DNA of 64,000 nucleotides from Dicyema japonicum (Eukaryota > Animalia > Dicyemida), in assembly GCA_011109175.1 (NCBI GenBank), contig RDEW01000067.1:124001-188000 (forward strand), given 5' to 3'. A program made the translations under genes and the position numbers. Positions 12,330-25,165 of this stretch are shown one piece after another. A model generated the notes under the pieces. That model was not told the DNA's origin. It ran no database searches and saw only the letters and a program-made list of their open reading frames with translations. How positions within the stretch are numbered: position 1 is the stretch's first letter; every line of letters starts with the position of its first letter.

Positions 12330-12560
12330 GTATTTATGCACGACCAAGATAACTGATGCCTCTAACTATATCAAGATCAGCAAGTAGATTCGTTATACGC
12401 ACCAATTTGGCTGTTAGGGAATTGATCTTGTACAAATTTGATATTGAAACCACTTCAGCCCATGAGGCACAAGCATACTCGACCGTCGGTTTTAAAGTTG
12501 CTTGTACAAGACGACTGCGCATTCTCGTGACGGCCTGGACTTTAAGAACGATTTCATTTT
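12330..12560 (-). mobile_element. Jockey/CR1-type RT C-terminal fragment (copy 28890-29120)
   Basis: LKPTVEYACASW motif. Confidence 0.6.
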
Positions 12561-12914
12561 ATTCATTTTCCTAGACCCTTTTTCAAAACCTTTTTTCAAC
12601 ATGTTGAGAAATGTCATCACGACATGTATAATTTACGGAAACCCCCGAGTAGTGGGGAAAAGTTGATGGCTCTCCTTTCGTTTCCTGAATGGTGACACCT
12701 TTCAACTGAGCCACAAGACATTCATTTTTAGTTTTCTCAATCAAATCCCACAATGTCCTGAGACAGTTAGGTAAATGGTTTAATGTCCATAAAATATATT
12801 AAAAAATATTAATTCTGATGAAGTAAATAAGTTGCATATAAAAGATACAAGTACGAATAAAATTATAGCATTTTTGTTGAAAAATAATTTTCAACACAAA
12901 TTTATTGTTTTATT

Positions 12915-14740
12915 TAAAACTGCCATCCATCCAAAGTGGACTCCGCCGACATTATCGACGTTGTGTTGCCTCTCATAATTGCAACAGAGATCAACTGGAG
13001 TAGCCACCGGGTCTCAAGTGCGTCGTGGCTTTTTAGTGTAGCTAGGCGTCCAAGTTTATTAAACGAAGCTATCTCACACTTATTCCCCAGTTGTCTCAAC
13101 AACAATGAGGTAGAACGTAAATCGGTCGCGTAGCGCTTAGTATTTCTTCTCCTTTGCCCTCATTTTTCCCCTTTCGAAATACAGTGTGGCTACCGCGCTC
13201 CCGACAATGTTGGACGGGCAAAGCGTGTCGACACAAGTAGCGTCCCAGACCAAAGGTTTCCCCTCTTCGAATGGAAAATTGTGATCCCGTAGGGACGTTT
13301 TCCGTCTCCTCTGTCCAGGCCGACAGGTTCTAGTATGGCTGGGTATCCGCAGACTCCAGGGCTCGCTTGTCAATTCCGTTGATCGCCTTGTGTCTTGGGA
13401 ATCGTCCTGCACTTCTTCGACAAGAAAGGGCATGGAGTCCATAACAATCGACGGTTGCGCCACATCGGGATTTGTGGGTCCGGAAATCTCCAGTCAAAGT
13501 CTAGTGGAGATGCCGATGCGGATAGTATCGTCGTCAAGGTGGGTCCCGACACTGCCAACTGGGAGTGCATTGATTCATGCGCCACTCGATTCGCATCTTC
13601 CAGTAATTAGACAGGCATGTCTGTGTTGGTTTGATTGATTCAGAAGCCTCTCATATTTATCCTCGCAGATGGTCCTGTAACGATCTTTCTGCTCAGGCAT
13701 AATGCTCCATCTCTGTGATTTCAGATGATTCTGTTTGGAGTTGGAGAATCATCCTGATCAGCAGTCGGCTGGAGCCCAAAGAGGATAGATAAGCAGGGCA
13801 AGCCTGATCTTTCGTTGAAGAGATTCCCAGTCCGCCCAGGCTAACAGGTAGGGTCGCTTGGTCCCACCCTTGGTCGTCAAATTTCACATTTGTGATACGT
13901 TCAATAGTACTCCGGAAAAAGGAATCGATAGCATCGAGCTGTTGCATTTTCAAGTAGCAAGGTGCCCCCCGAAGAACGTAGTTCAGTTTCTGTGCTGATA
14001 AGGCGTTTCTCAGGAGGAATAGGGAGGTGTCTGCGTCCAGCATCTCCAGACGTCTGAATGTTGTTTTTAGTTTATGTTCTTTTGTTACTGATTCCAGCAT
14101 CAGTAAGAGAGCATCCAAGTATTTCCAGTTGTTCTGATTTGGTTTCTGTGGATTCCGGAATGATTTCTCTGAACATACCAAGGATCAGATCCCATTCAGA
14201 CTGTGGAAATCCAAAGTTGGTTACTTCACACTTATTGGTGTTTAGAGTTAGGCATAGGGATTCCATTTGTACTATCAGACTTTTCAAACAATCTAGTACA
14301 TCCTTCGGATGGCCGCCATGGTGCAATCATTCAAATACCATACACTCAGAGGAGTGGAACAATATCCTGTGATACGGGCAATTTTCAGGGTGAACAAGGC
14401 GGGCCCCAGTGGGTCTCTTTGTTGGATTCCAGAAGACGATGGAATGTAATATTTACCGTGTACCAGATTGGATGGTTTTCCGTACTAGATATGAATATAG
14501 CTGTACACTGATGGGTAGTATGTGAAGCAATCCTCCAGAATTGTATCACGTCGTATCGAGTTGATGCCATTTTTAATGTCAATTTTGACGATTACGTGAG
14601 GAATGTTCACGTTCTTTTCGGTGAATGCTGTTCGGACAGCATGAACTGCCGCTTCACAACCCTCCGGTGTGCCGACCCCTATTTGGGTTGGTTGTAGCAG
14701 TGTTATCAGCGTAGGCAGGATTGCTGGGAGATGGGACTGG
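12915..14740 (-). mobile_element. CRE-clade non-LTR retrotransposon (RT + RLE), 5'-truncated and degenerate; 3' part duplicated at 29480-29960
   Basis: [63 protein letters not shown] and ISVAIMRGNA. Confidence 0.85.
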
Positions 14741-14759
14741 GAGATGGGAAGATTTTGTT

Positions 14760-14960
14760 CATTAAAAATGCTGGCATCTGTGCAATGAAAAAGACGTAAT
14801 GCATTTGGACTCGTCTCTAAATCTCTGCGTTGGTAAAACCGATCCTACTATTCAACTCAGCAAAATGTGGAACATTGAAAGCTGATTTTAATAGACTAGA
14901 AAGATGTGAAGATAATCAAGTGAGGAAAAAGTAAGTATCTACTTACCAAAGGACTTTAAA
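14760..14960 (+). mobile_element. Short RTE-like RT C-terminal remnant
   Basis: LVKPILLFNSAKCG-like reading. Confidence 0.35.
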
Positions 14961-15349
14961 CAGGACTCTTTATGAATTATGTGGGTCTATGCATGATGAA
15001 GTAATAAGATATATTATTCGTATGGATGCGGTGATGCCTTGTAACCTCATTATGGAGCATTATCCAACCAAAATGAGTATGTCCAAGTTGGTGGAAGATG
15101 AAAACAGTGTATGACCTCGACGAACTGCGGAATCGTATGAGAAGTGAAGTTGCATGAAGAAATCTAATATAATAGTATAAGCGAAAAATCAATTAATTAG
15201 GTGATCTCAGCTTCTAAAATCTCCAAGATTCTTATTGAATGTTCCACCAGCGAGTTAACTCCCTTCGTAAATGCCTTTTATGTCTGCATTAGGACACACA
15301 CAAACAGTTATAATATTAGTAGCATTTTCAACTAATTTTTAAAATCGAG

Positions 15350-15780
15350 TTTGCCCACAATAAAGTTAAAATTCGTAAAATTATTCTTTTTAAAGATAAT
15401 TGTAAGTAATTTGAGTTCAATTTCAATAAGCCTCACAAGCTTATGGAAGATTGGAAAGCATTTTGTTTTGACGGTATATAAACAATTCATTGAATCATGC
15501 ATCTCCTATGCATGTGGTATATGGGGTCCACTCATCTCTTGGACGAATGTCTTGAAGATCGAGGCTAGCCGGAGAAGAGCCTCCAAAATGAACGCTGGAT
15601 CTCTGGAGAACTCCAGCCACCTATGCCTCTTGAAGCCTCGATAAGAATGAACCACGGAAGCGCCGTCGTGACTGCGAAGGTCCAGTAACTCCACCGATAC
15701 GTGCTTGTGCAGGAACGAGAGAGGAGCATCGGACCAAGATGAGTCCCTGATAGAGCGTGATGGGATCACGTGATTAGTTA
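15350..15780 (+). mobile_element. Jockey/CR1-type RT C-terminal fragment
   Basis: VYKQFIESCISYACGIWG and KIEASRRRASK. Confidence 0.6.
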
Positions 15781-16799
15781 GTTTGTGTAACCGTGGTCTC
15801 TGGTGTTATTATTATTAATTTTGCTATTTCATCATGCAAAGGTAAACCTGACACATAGCATTGGAGAATTGTAAATGTGCTGAATTACTATTGATGAATG
15901 ATAAATATTTTGTAGAATAGAGAATTTTAAAATTCAAGTTCTAACAAACGATAAACAAAGAAGTTCACTGGGAAATGTTTACTTAAACTAATCAGACTAT
16001 GAATGTGACTGTTTACCTTTGGATTTATCAAATAGAGCATCAATCAAAGCTTATAATATAAAACACAAATATGTCGTAAAAAGCTGAATCTAACAACAAC
16101 TAACAATTTCATTTTTTTCATACAAATATATGGGTTGGGAAATTCAGGTTTATTGATGTCAAGTCTCTAAGGCTGCATTTAGTTCTGTCTGTCTAATTAA
16201 CCTAACGAGTAGGAGAGCGTGACGTAGTGGAGAATTCATGTATGTGAGTACTGATGGAGGTGTTATCTAGTGGAGATCTTGATGGTAGTAACAATTACTG
16301 GAATGAGAACTTTGAGAGCCTATGTGGAGAAGGGTTTCTTGTGAACATTAGTTGGACATTAGTTAGTGGGTCCTAAGCTCGTTGAAAGTTATTTGAAGTG
16401 GCTGTTTGACCGAAAGGGAATGGGCTAATATTCTCGAACCTGAGCTGGCTGTTTTTGCGGAGACGCTTTCCTTATAGTCTAAGGAGGAAGGCATTTCAGA
16501 AAGAGTTATCTTTTCTTTTAATGTCGATTTTTCTAGAAATGGTTTAGCCAGCAAAAGAGAGGTTGTTGATCATAGAACCCTTATCACTGATTATCAGCAA
16601 AGCATGGCAGTTTCTCCAATTCCGAAACATGTCGGTCGTTTCAAAAACCCCTGTAGTGGTTTAACAGTCACTTGACTACAATAATAGCAACATCTCTAAG
16701 GTTAGTAGCAAATAGATAAACGCTGATCAGGGAAGTCGGCAAAATATATTAGAACCTAAGTAGATCGATAAGAATGCAAACCTCGTGGTAAAGTACAAG

Positions 16800-16975
16800 A
16801 AGATGTTAAACATGCAAAAGATGATTTGATCTGCGAAAAGTGGGAGTTAGTCAACAAAAGAAAACGGTCATCAAAATGCATTGTATGCTCCGGAAGATTC
16901 CACGGAATGACCAAGAATATACTAAGCTATATTATTTCATACTGGCATTGCCAAGCATGCCTCTCTCCTGGATGA
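16800..16975 (+). mobile_element. Degenerate PHD-finger-like coding remnant, possibly a CR1/L2 ORF1 (copy 30400-30570)
   Basis: Reads LICEK..SKCIVCSGRFHG..YWHCQAC, PHD-like spacing with some cysteines lost. Confidence 0.4.
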
Positions 16976-17224
16976 ACGACTCTCTTATCTCAAAGTTTTC
17001 CCCTCCGATAATATTCTTTAAATTCTCAAATTCTTATTGAGCTGATCTCGAACCTGGCTTATTCTAAAAGACCGGTTATTAGGATCCCCAATTGTTCAGA
17101 TTATCACATGTATTGAGAAATCCGACGACCTTGAAGACAGATATGCCTAATGTGCTTCGCCTAGTGTACACTTATTATATCTTCCATCGAAGAATAGAGA
17201 AATCAATCAAATCCGGAGTATAAT

Positions 17225-17830
17225 TTTATTTTTTTATTTTAATAACCCAGAAATGACGAGAAAGAGGATAAAAGTTATCGTCCAATTAAGTGATTCCGGT
17301 GTCCATACCAGTCCTTTTCCTGCGGTTAGTTTTGGAATCCTGGGTTAATCTTCCTAGCGGGGAAGGTTTCTTCTCATATATTAGGCAGGCGTCCATATAT
17401 AATCTGATGTGCGGTTCGAGGAGATGGTTAGGGGACTTTGCCATCTTGAGGAAGTCTCGGTTACATTCCGTAAGGTATTCCATGATTGGGGGGACGTTTA
17501 GTGTTCTCCGCAGTAACGAGGTGGACGTCTTTTTCGATGATCTCTATAGAATCCTGAGACATCGATTTTGTAAAGTCTCCAGCTTGCTCTGTGCCGATAT
17601 TGATAAGGGGGCAATCCATGCAGCACAGGCGTACTCGATACTAGGTAGTACAAACTGTTTGTATAGAAGCTCTAACGATGTGCGGGAAGATACTGGAGAG
17701 TGAGTGAACGCCTTTAAAAATCCAATTTTCTTTTGGATCCTCGTGGTTACTAGGTTCACTTGATGGGTAAATGTGAGTAGGGGATCCAGGATGACTCCAA
17801 GTATTGAAAGGGTCTTTTTAATGGGAAGTG
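17225..17830 (-). mobile_element. 3' end of a Jockey/CR1-type LINE with an A-rich tail (copy 30825-31420)
   Basis: LYKQFVLPSIEYACAAW and LETLQNRCLRIL; A-rich 3' end on the minus strand near 17225-17245. Confidence 0.75.
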
Positions 17831-17969
17831 GGGAGTCACAATGTTATTCGTGGTTCGTCAGAGTATAATAAAACATCAATAAGTTCTCTTCTAAGCCCAT
17901 AAGAGTTTACTTAAATGAACATGGACAACAGAAAATATTATATAAGAAAGAATCATTGAAGGTGCCAGA

Positions 17970-18580
17970 GATGTGTCGATTGTTGGATGTAATACGCTCC
18001 AAATTGTCAGAAGGTGGAATCCGTTCGCCTATGATCAGAACTGTATCTGGAAACATCAGAAGAGAGTCAAAAGTTTTTCTTTGAACGACACCGACCCCCC
18101 TCCCTTCTCAAGCGAACAACGTATCCACCATTCCATAGGACAAACGCTTAGTTTACTTGCATCTGTAGAGGACATAACAAGGGAATACTTTCCTTCGTTC
18201 CAAGCAGTAGACGGACTCGATGGACTTCGTCCCGAATATCTCAAAGACCTCATTTATAATAAAACAGGTAGCTCTGGCAACCGACTTGTCGCAACAATCA
18301 CCTATCTATTGAACAGAATGCTCTCCGTTAAACTCCCAGAAGCAATTCGCCACATTATGCCCTCTGCCAAAATACTTATTTTTGTTTAAAAGAAGGAGTC
18401 CAACCCATTCTGGTAGGTTCTGATTTTAGTCGCTTAGCGTCAAAACTGGCGGGCAGGACAGTTCTCTCCGTCCTTTTCGAACACATGCAACCACTCCAGG
18501 TTGGGGTTGGCACTCATGAAAGTTGTAAAGAGATAATTCATGTTGTGCGGACGTTTGCATGTAATCCTGGAGAATTGCTA
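17970..18580 (+). mobile_element. CRE-clade RT N-terminal fragment (internally deleted copy 31555-31900)
   Basis: DGLRPEYLKDL, PILVGSDFSRLASK and QVGVGTHESC. Confidence 0.75.
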
Positions 18581-18769
18581 GTCTTACTCAGTGATAAAAG
18601 GTTATGGACAAGTTTTTAAAGGTCGTATTTTATGTCGCTTATATAAAATTATGTTTTATTGGACTCTAAAAATATCTATATACTAAAATACTAGCTTTTG
18701 CATCTGTCTGTCAAAAAAGGTTAGCACTTTGATTTATATTAAAATTTTATTAAGGAAAGAAAAAACAAA

Positions 18770-19060
18770 TGGTCATATAGCGGCTGTCCTAATTGCGTGG
18801 CTATTGCCTTTTAGAATGGCGAGCGAGATTCGCTCAAATAACCAGCAGCGTTCACGAGGGTTTTTTAATCGTGTATAAATACGATTCCTTAGACGACTCA
18901 AGAATTTCAGCGTCGCAGGCGCAAGTAAACAAGACGTCTCTACGGCAAGTGGAACAAACAAAAAAATCCTTGGGTAGGACCGCGTACTTTTCCCGATTCA
19001 ACCTCTCGGCCTTCTCTCTATTTAATAAAATACTAATTTGACAGCGAACACAGCACATTC
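18770..19060 (-). mobile_element. CRE-clade RLE C-terminal fragment (copies 32100-32337 and 50869-51040)
   Basis: KYAVL, FVPLAVETS and LFERISLAILKGNSHAI. Confidence 0.8.
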
Positions 19061-20081
19061 TTATGACCTAAAAAAATTAATTTTCTCCGCTGAAATTAGC
19101 TAGAAGTGAGCGAAGCGGAGCGTAATCCCTCCTCAGGAGCTAAGTGGCTATAAGCGAAGCGAACGACCAGGTAATTCTTAATAAATATAATTGAATTTTT
19201 TTATTATTAACACAAAAATTAAGTAAATTTAAACTGAGAGACAGTCTAAATACCATGAGTAATGCAACAAAAGTATGGAGTATTTCATTAAGTCCTTTAG
19301 CACTCACTCAACTCTTAATCATGACGTGTTAGGCAGATCCTTAAAAAAGGAAAGCCGTTTTTTCTTCACCAGAATCTCCCTCACTGGTCTCAATAGTCTT
19401 TCTTGGTCATTATTCAACTTTGATTTTTAAGCGTGCTGCACTTGAATGAAGATGCTCGCCAATCGTTCAAGCGATCCCTTGTTTTTCCTTATTTGTCTTA
19501 GAACTTCATTAAGAATTTCAGTATCCGTCCAAGGAATATTTTTTCAGAAAATTATAGTAGTCTCCCTCATGACGTTTGTCGGTTTGTTGGGCCCATTCAT
19601 AGGCAGTGAACAAACAAATCCCAGAGTCCTTCGTGATTAACGTACTTATAGGTTCTATGGAATTCTCAAGGCTTTCACATAATTTTCACTGAACTTGATT
19701 TTTTTGTGGAAAACGTAAAAATTGGGGAATTTTCCCCCGATTTCGGGGTCTGACTATACTTTGTCTACAATTCCACTAGCATCTAGTGCCACCATAAACA
19801 CCGTTTTAGTACCATCTCTCATCGAAAAAAGAATTTCCTAGTAGAGTTCAATTCATAGCAAATTAAATAATAATTCAACAGTTTTGAGTATTTTAGAATT
19901 GAATATGTATAAAATCAGATCAAAAAATACAGGAACATTACGAGTATTTGCAGAATCGCACTTGACCCGTTATTAAATTTAATAAAATTTAATTTTTCTT
20001 ATAAATAATATTATTTTTTTTATAAAAGTCAAATAATTTTTTTAAATTAACATAATTATAAATTCAAAATTTTGTTAGAAA

Positions 20082-22430
20082 ATGGAAATACCCTCATTAT
20101 ATGCGCATTGCCTTGAACATATTCGAACAGATTTTTATTTTAAAAAATGTGAAGAATTAAATGAAAAAACTAAAAACATGATTTTTAAAAGAGTATTTAA
20201 GGAACTGATATATTCGAACGATCCATATCCAGATGAAGATCTATATGATCAATATACGTTTATAGACACGATCTCAGATGGAGTACAGAAAAATGTTTTC
20301 TGCGTTGAATTCATTGATGACATTGACGTTAAGGATGTTGTCAAGATGATTCAAGTTTATCCGAATTTATCGAATATTAAATTATGCAAAATAACTTCAT
20401 CACAAAAGAATCCTTTACTACCATTCTCACCCAATAATATCCAATCATTCTCACTTCAGAGTTATCATAACCCAGATATGCTACATTCCCTATTTATGAC
20501 TGGATTTAACAAAATAACATCCCTTGAACTTGGCTGTATACATTATAGAAAAAAAATATTTAAAAACAGCACAATTAAAATAATGGATAAACTGGAAAAC
20601 ATAAACTTTATGAACGTTGTAATTACTGACTTTGAAGAATTTGCTGCTAACTTAAACTGTCCAGAGGCCCCGTGGTTTAATTTATATCAAATTCAGTTGT
20701 TTTACGCATATGAATAATTATTATGTTGTTGAAACAGATGATACTTGTAAAGTTAATTGTATTCCTCTTCTTGAAAAGACCATCAATCTTAAATTTCTCG
20801 ATTTATCGGGATGTATTGTAGACATGGAAAAATTAACAAAGTTATCGATTATAATAATCATAGCTACTTAAGCAAAAAGGGATTGAAAAAAAATCATTTT
20901 TACCAACTTATAAGTTTCAATGTGAATATAAATGAATGGGTAATTTTTACGATATAATATAGATTGATAAAGAATTACTTATAAATAACTTAATCAGGCC
21001 TCTCTTCACGTTCCAATGTGAACATAAAATGTATGAAATTTTTAATGGGATTTGCAATTCGAATTACAAATTCCGATATAAATTATTAAGTCGATTTTTG
21101 AAAGTATTTTGAACATATTAGTTTAGTTTTGTGTCTTAAACCTATGGATGAAAATGAAGATCCAGAAAATTTCTTGTAAGTGAATTGTTTTATCCAGCTT
21201 ACTTTAGCCAGTATTATCAAAAACTATCAAATATCGTACTTAACCGTTGGTATGTGTTGATTTTATCTTTAGTATGATTTACGATGGTATTTGTAAAATT
21301 GTTAAGCATTACCGATTATTTAGTTACGAAATGGTAATTTAATTTAAATTTTTAGAATGCTTGTAATTGTTTAAAGATATTTCACTTTTTAAAACCATGG
21401 GAAACATCAATTTTCGTTTGCACATTTTTATTTTAGTTGCCTTCGTTTTCATTCATTCTTAAAGGAACTTATTGTTGGTATGAAGACGATAGTTATGATT
21501 ACGATTCATGTCGTTCTATTTTAAAAGGCATGAGCATAGAATTTTTGACTTATCTTGGATATTCAGGTCTTGTGAAAGTTTAAATTAATGACGGGATAAT
21601 TTTAGTACTGCTGTGAATCTTGTGAAACATGCGACGAGAAGGGTTATGGCATATTCAATGTATTGAGATATCTTCTAGGTATTTGAAATATATTTATTTA
21701 GACGAAAATGAAAGAAATGTGGATTTGTTTTGATTTGGATGGAATTACTCGAATTCAGAATTTTTTAGAAAGATTTCCATTAGAAGATCAAAACCATAAT
21801 ATCATAATTCCAATTATTAAAGTCGTCGAAACTCTAGCTAAATTTCAAAAAGCTAGAGTTTACTTGCTACGTGTGGAATAATAGAAGATTTATTGTAAAA
21901 TTAGTGTTTCATTAAAAGAAATCCTGATTACGATGAACTTAATTTTAATGCGCATTATTTTATCTACAGTTGCATGTGTCTGATATTGAGTGATCCAAAT
22001 TATATTTTGCCCACATTTGAAAATTTGGATTTCGTTGATTTGAGTCCAAAAGGAATTCATTCTAAATAAAATTTGTCAATTTATAAAAGAAAATCCGTAT
22101 GAAGCAGATTGCGATATCCATAGTAGGTAATTTAATTTTCTATGTCGAAGGTCAATGATACCAACAATAAAATTGTTAAGTATGAATACAGACGAGCGAA
22201 TTTGGCTTTGGGTAGTGTGGGAATTTGATAATTTAACCACTAAATATCGTTAATCTTTACTTTAATAATAGCAAATCTTTTGTGGACATGTTAGTTCCCC
22301 ATAACATTATTCAGAAAATTGAGAATATTTGTTGTCAATCCAATATGGAAGAGATCCATTCCTACGCTGCTATTTTTAGAACAAACTACAATGTTGTTAT
22401 TTTTATGATTTTAGGATTATTCATCGTAAC
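20082..22430 (+). CDS. ZYG-11/ZER1-family CUL2-ElonginBC substrate receptor (BC box, LRR-like, ARM-like), copy 1, tiny introns
   Basis: N-terminal PSLYAHCLEHI (BC-box pattern); LKFLDLSGC; VDLFIDLDGI and FLERFP; C-terminal RSMIPTIKLL..WLWVVWEFANLTTKY resembles ZER1 RSFEPILRLL..HWATWALYNLVSVY. 23-24 nt GT-AG introns restore the frame; the 3' end is approximate. Confidence 0.7.
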
Positions 22431-24049
22431 ATATTAAGTATTCAAGTTAACAAATCTCTTTATTAATAAATTAACAATATGTATTCATTTCTTAGTCGCC
22501 ATTACAGAGGCTTGCAACTTATTATTTATTGCTAGACTGATTTTTTTTCTCTCGTCATTTTATTCCCGCGTTAATTGTGGTTGTTACTTGAATTTTGTCA
22601 ATTATTTGTGTTAATCCAACGTGTTTGCACTTTGCGTCTTCGTTGGACAAAGTCAACTTGTTTCTTAAGGAACTATGTCTTTATAGAGTTGAACAGACAC
22701 TACACTCAACATTCTTTTGTTGGAGTCGTCGATACGATGGAATGGTAGCGGATTCCTCCGGTTCTGTCAACATCCAGTGAATCCATTATGTTTGTCCGTG
22801 TCACGAGCTTAAAAATGAACGGTCTTCCCTTAGACATCGTCGTCCTGTCAAGTAATCGTATAGACCAGTGTTTCCCATCCTGGGTTCCGCGAAATTTAAA
22901 GATCATTTAATAATTTTTTGGGATAAAATTGATGACGATTGTGTTCAAAGTCCATTCAAAGTGAAGTAATACCAGCAAATCTAACATCAATTCAATATTC
23001 TTATTGCTTTGACATCAGAATCCAGTCAAATCAGATATATAAAATGAACCCCTTTTTAAATTTTGGAGAGCATACATTTCAAAATACCATGATATCCCAA
23101 ATGCTATACGTAAACTATTACCTTTTCCAGCGACTTACTTATGAGAGTCAGGGTTTTCAATATATACATCGGTTCTTTTTCAATACATGCTTCATGAATT
23201 AAGGCTCTAAATGAATTAATGAATTTTTTTTGAATATTAGATCTAAAAATAAAAAAAATGAACAATGCCGAATTTGTAAATATATTATATAAATTTGCAA
23301 AAGTACCTATACATCTACCAAAACTTCCGTGATATGAGGAGACAGTTGTTAACAATAACTCCTAACGTTACACAACTATGCTATAGTGAAAAGTTACCTC
23401 AATGTTCATATTAAAATTATTTTTGGATATTACGATTATGTTTTATGTGAAAATTGTAATAATTGAATTGAAGAGTTTGCAAAAAATAAATTAACCCAAA
23501 AGGGTTCCGTGAGCATTTTAATGTTGAGAACCACTGGTATAGACACTAGTGGAGTCAATTCCAAAAAGTTGTGGGGTCCCTCGATTAGTAGAGTATTATA
23601 GTGGATAGGGGTAGCAGGCATTACCCAATTAGTTTGGTTAGTATTATTTTTTTTCTCGGTGTTTTTGAGGGTTATGTAAATAAAAAAATTCTTCTTAAAA
23701 AAAATAATTTTGTTGGGCCACCATGGCACTGTGCACCACCTGAGACGGGTGAATCACAATGCGGCACTTAATTAATAAAGGAAGAGAATGGACGAGGAAA
23801 AGAAATCTTTGACCAACTATCCATTGAGATTCAAACGCATTACCGTTGTTACATTTATAACACCTTAAAATATATTTTTGGACTTTGACTGAATAAGAAA
23901 ATGCGTAATATGTGGAATGGTCTACGCGATACCTATGGGAAGCCCGTTACATTAGTCTTGAACTAAGATTAACTTGAATTATTTATTTTATTTATTTATA
24001 TAAATTAATAACATTATTAAAATTAATCAATTAATTTTTTTATCAAGTG

Positions 24050-25165
24050 ACTATGGGAGAGAGTGGCTTCTGACATTACGGAGTAAGCGTTTCCGTGGAC
24101 AACTGCGATACCAATTTGTTGCCTCACCCAGACCGCTTCCCGCACGTCTTTCTTGCGGTGGGCTAATTTCCCTTCGATTTCCTTTAGGAAAGAAACTGTA
24201 ATGCTTTCGGCCGCACCAGAAGTCTCGATTGCAACCGGTACAAAACGGTAGCGGTCTCCAATTTCGCCATATTTTTAATCTTGATTTTCTCGGCTAGATC
24301 GGCTGCCGATCCAGTAGACTGCGCTGAGCTAAGCATCATCGAGTTCGAGAAAAAATCCACAACAGTGCAGTCCCATACGAGCGATTTTCTTTCAGTGAAC
24401 GGAAAGATAGGTAACCCATAAGTCTTTTCCCATCTGCGCGGTCCAATCCCACAGGTTCCAGTACTGGAAAGCCTGCCGCTTCAAGAGCTCGCATGACAAT
24501 GTTGTTCATAGGAACATGGCAGGGTGCTCTGCCCGCACTCCTTTCGCACGAGTGCGAGTGCGGCCCATTGGTATCGACGATCCCTCCACAACGACATTGG
24601 TGTTGATGCAAACATCAACTCCCTCTACAGTCAATCCGAATACAGTCATCGTCCAAAAGGGTCCCCAGAGAGAAACACGGGAGTGCATCCAGCCACGCTC
24701 AGCTCCCATGGTTGGCGGCAAACACGAGGCATGCAAGACGATGCTGGTTGGCCTCAGACTTTAGCACGTCGTAGATATTCTTAGAGTAGATCTCATCCCA
24801 GTCACGTTGCCTCGAAGGAAGCGTGCATTGGTTCCAACTCGGCACATCAAAGTGGATGTTTAGAAGAAATTTGGCAGATTTTCTCAATGTCCTATCCAGT
24901 GACAGGAGGATGTCACGATGTTTGATCCATCAAACGTAGTCCCCGCCGACAATAACGACGTTGTGTTGCCTCTCATAATTGCAACAGAGATCAACTGGAG
25001 TAGCCACCGGGTCTCAAGTGCGTCGTGGCTTTTTAGTGTAGCTAGGCGTCCAGTTTTTAAACGAAGCTATCTCACACTTATTTCCCCCAGTTGTCTCAAC
25101 AACAATGAGTAGAACGTAAATCGGTCCGTACGCTTAGTATTTCTTTTCTTTGCCCTCATTTTTCC
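24050..25165 (-). mobile_element. CRE-clade C-terminal region (zinc knuckle + RLE) abutting the 3' end of a second CRE family
   Basis: HQCRCGGIVDTNGPHSHSCERSAGR and [13 protein letters not shown]. Confidence 0.8.

Noticed and set aside
19000-19020. U2 snRNA 5' end (CTCGGCCTT) as a Utopia-type target
   Set aside because: The match is short, lies inside a CRE reading frame, and has no further U2 sequence.
19200-19970. Secreted-protein gene on the minus strand (MFLYFLI..) head-to-head with the ZYG-11-like gene
   Set aside because: No consistent GT-AG exon chain across the three copies and no recognisable domain; left unannotated.
23712-23770. HDV-like ribozyme (GGGCCAC..GGTGAAT resemblance)
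   Set aside because: I could not build the P1/P2/P3 nested pseudoknot pairing.
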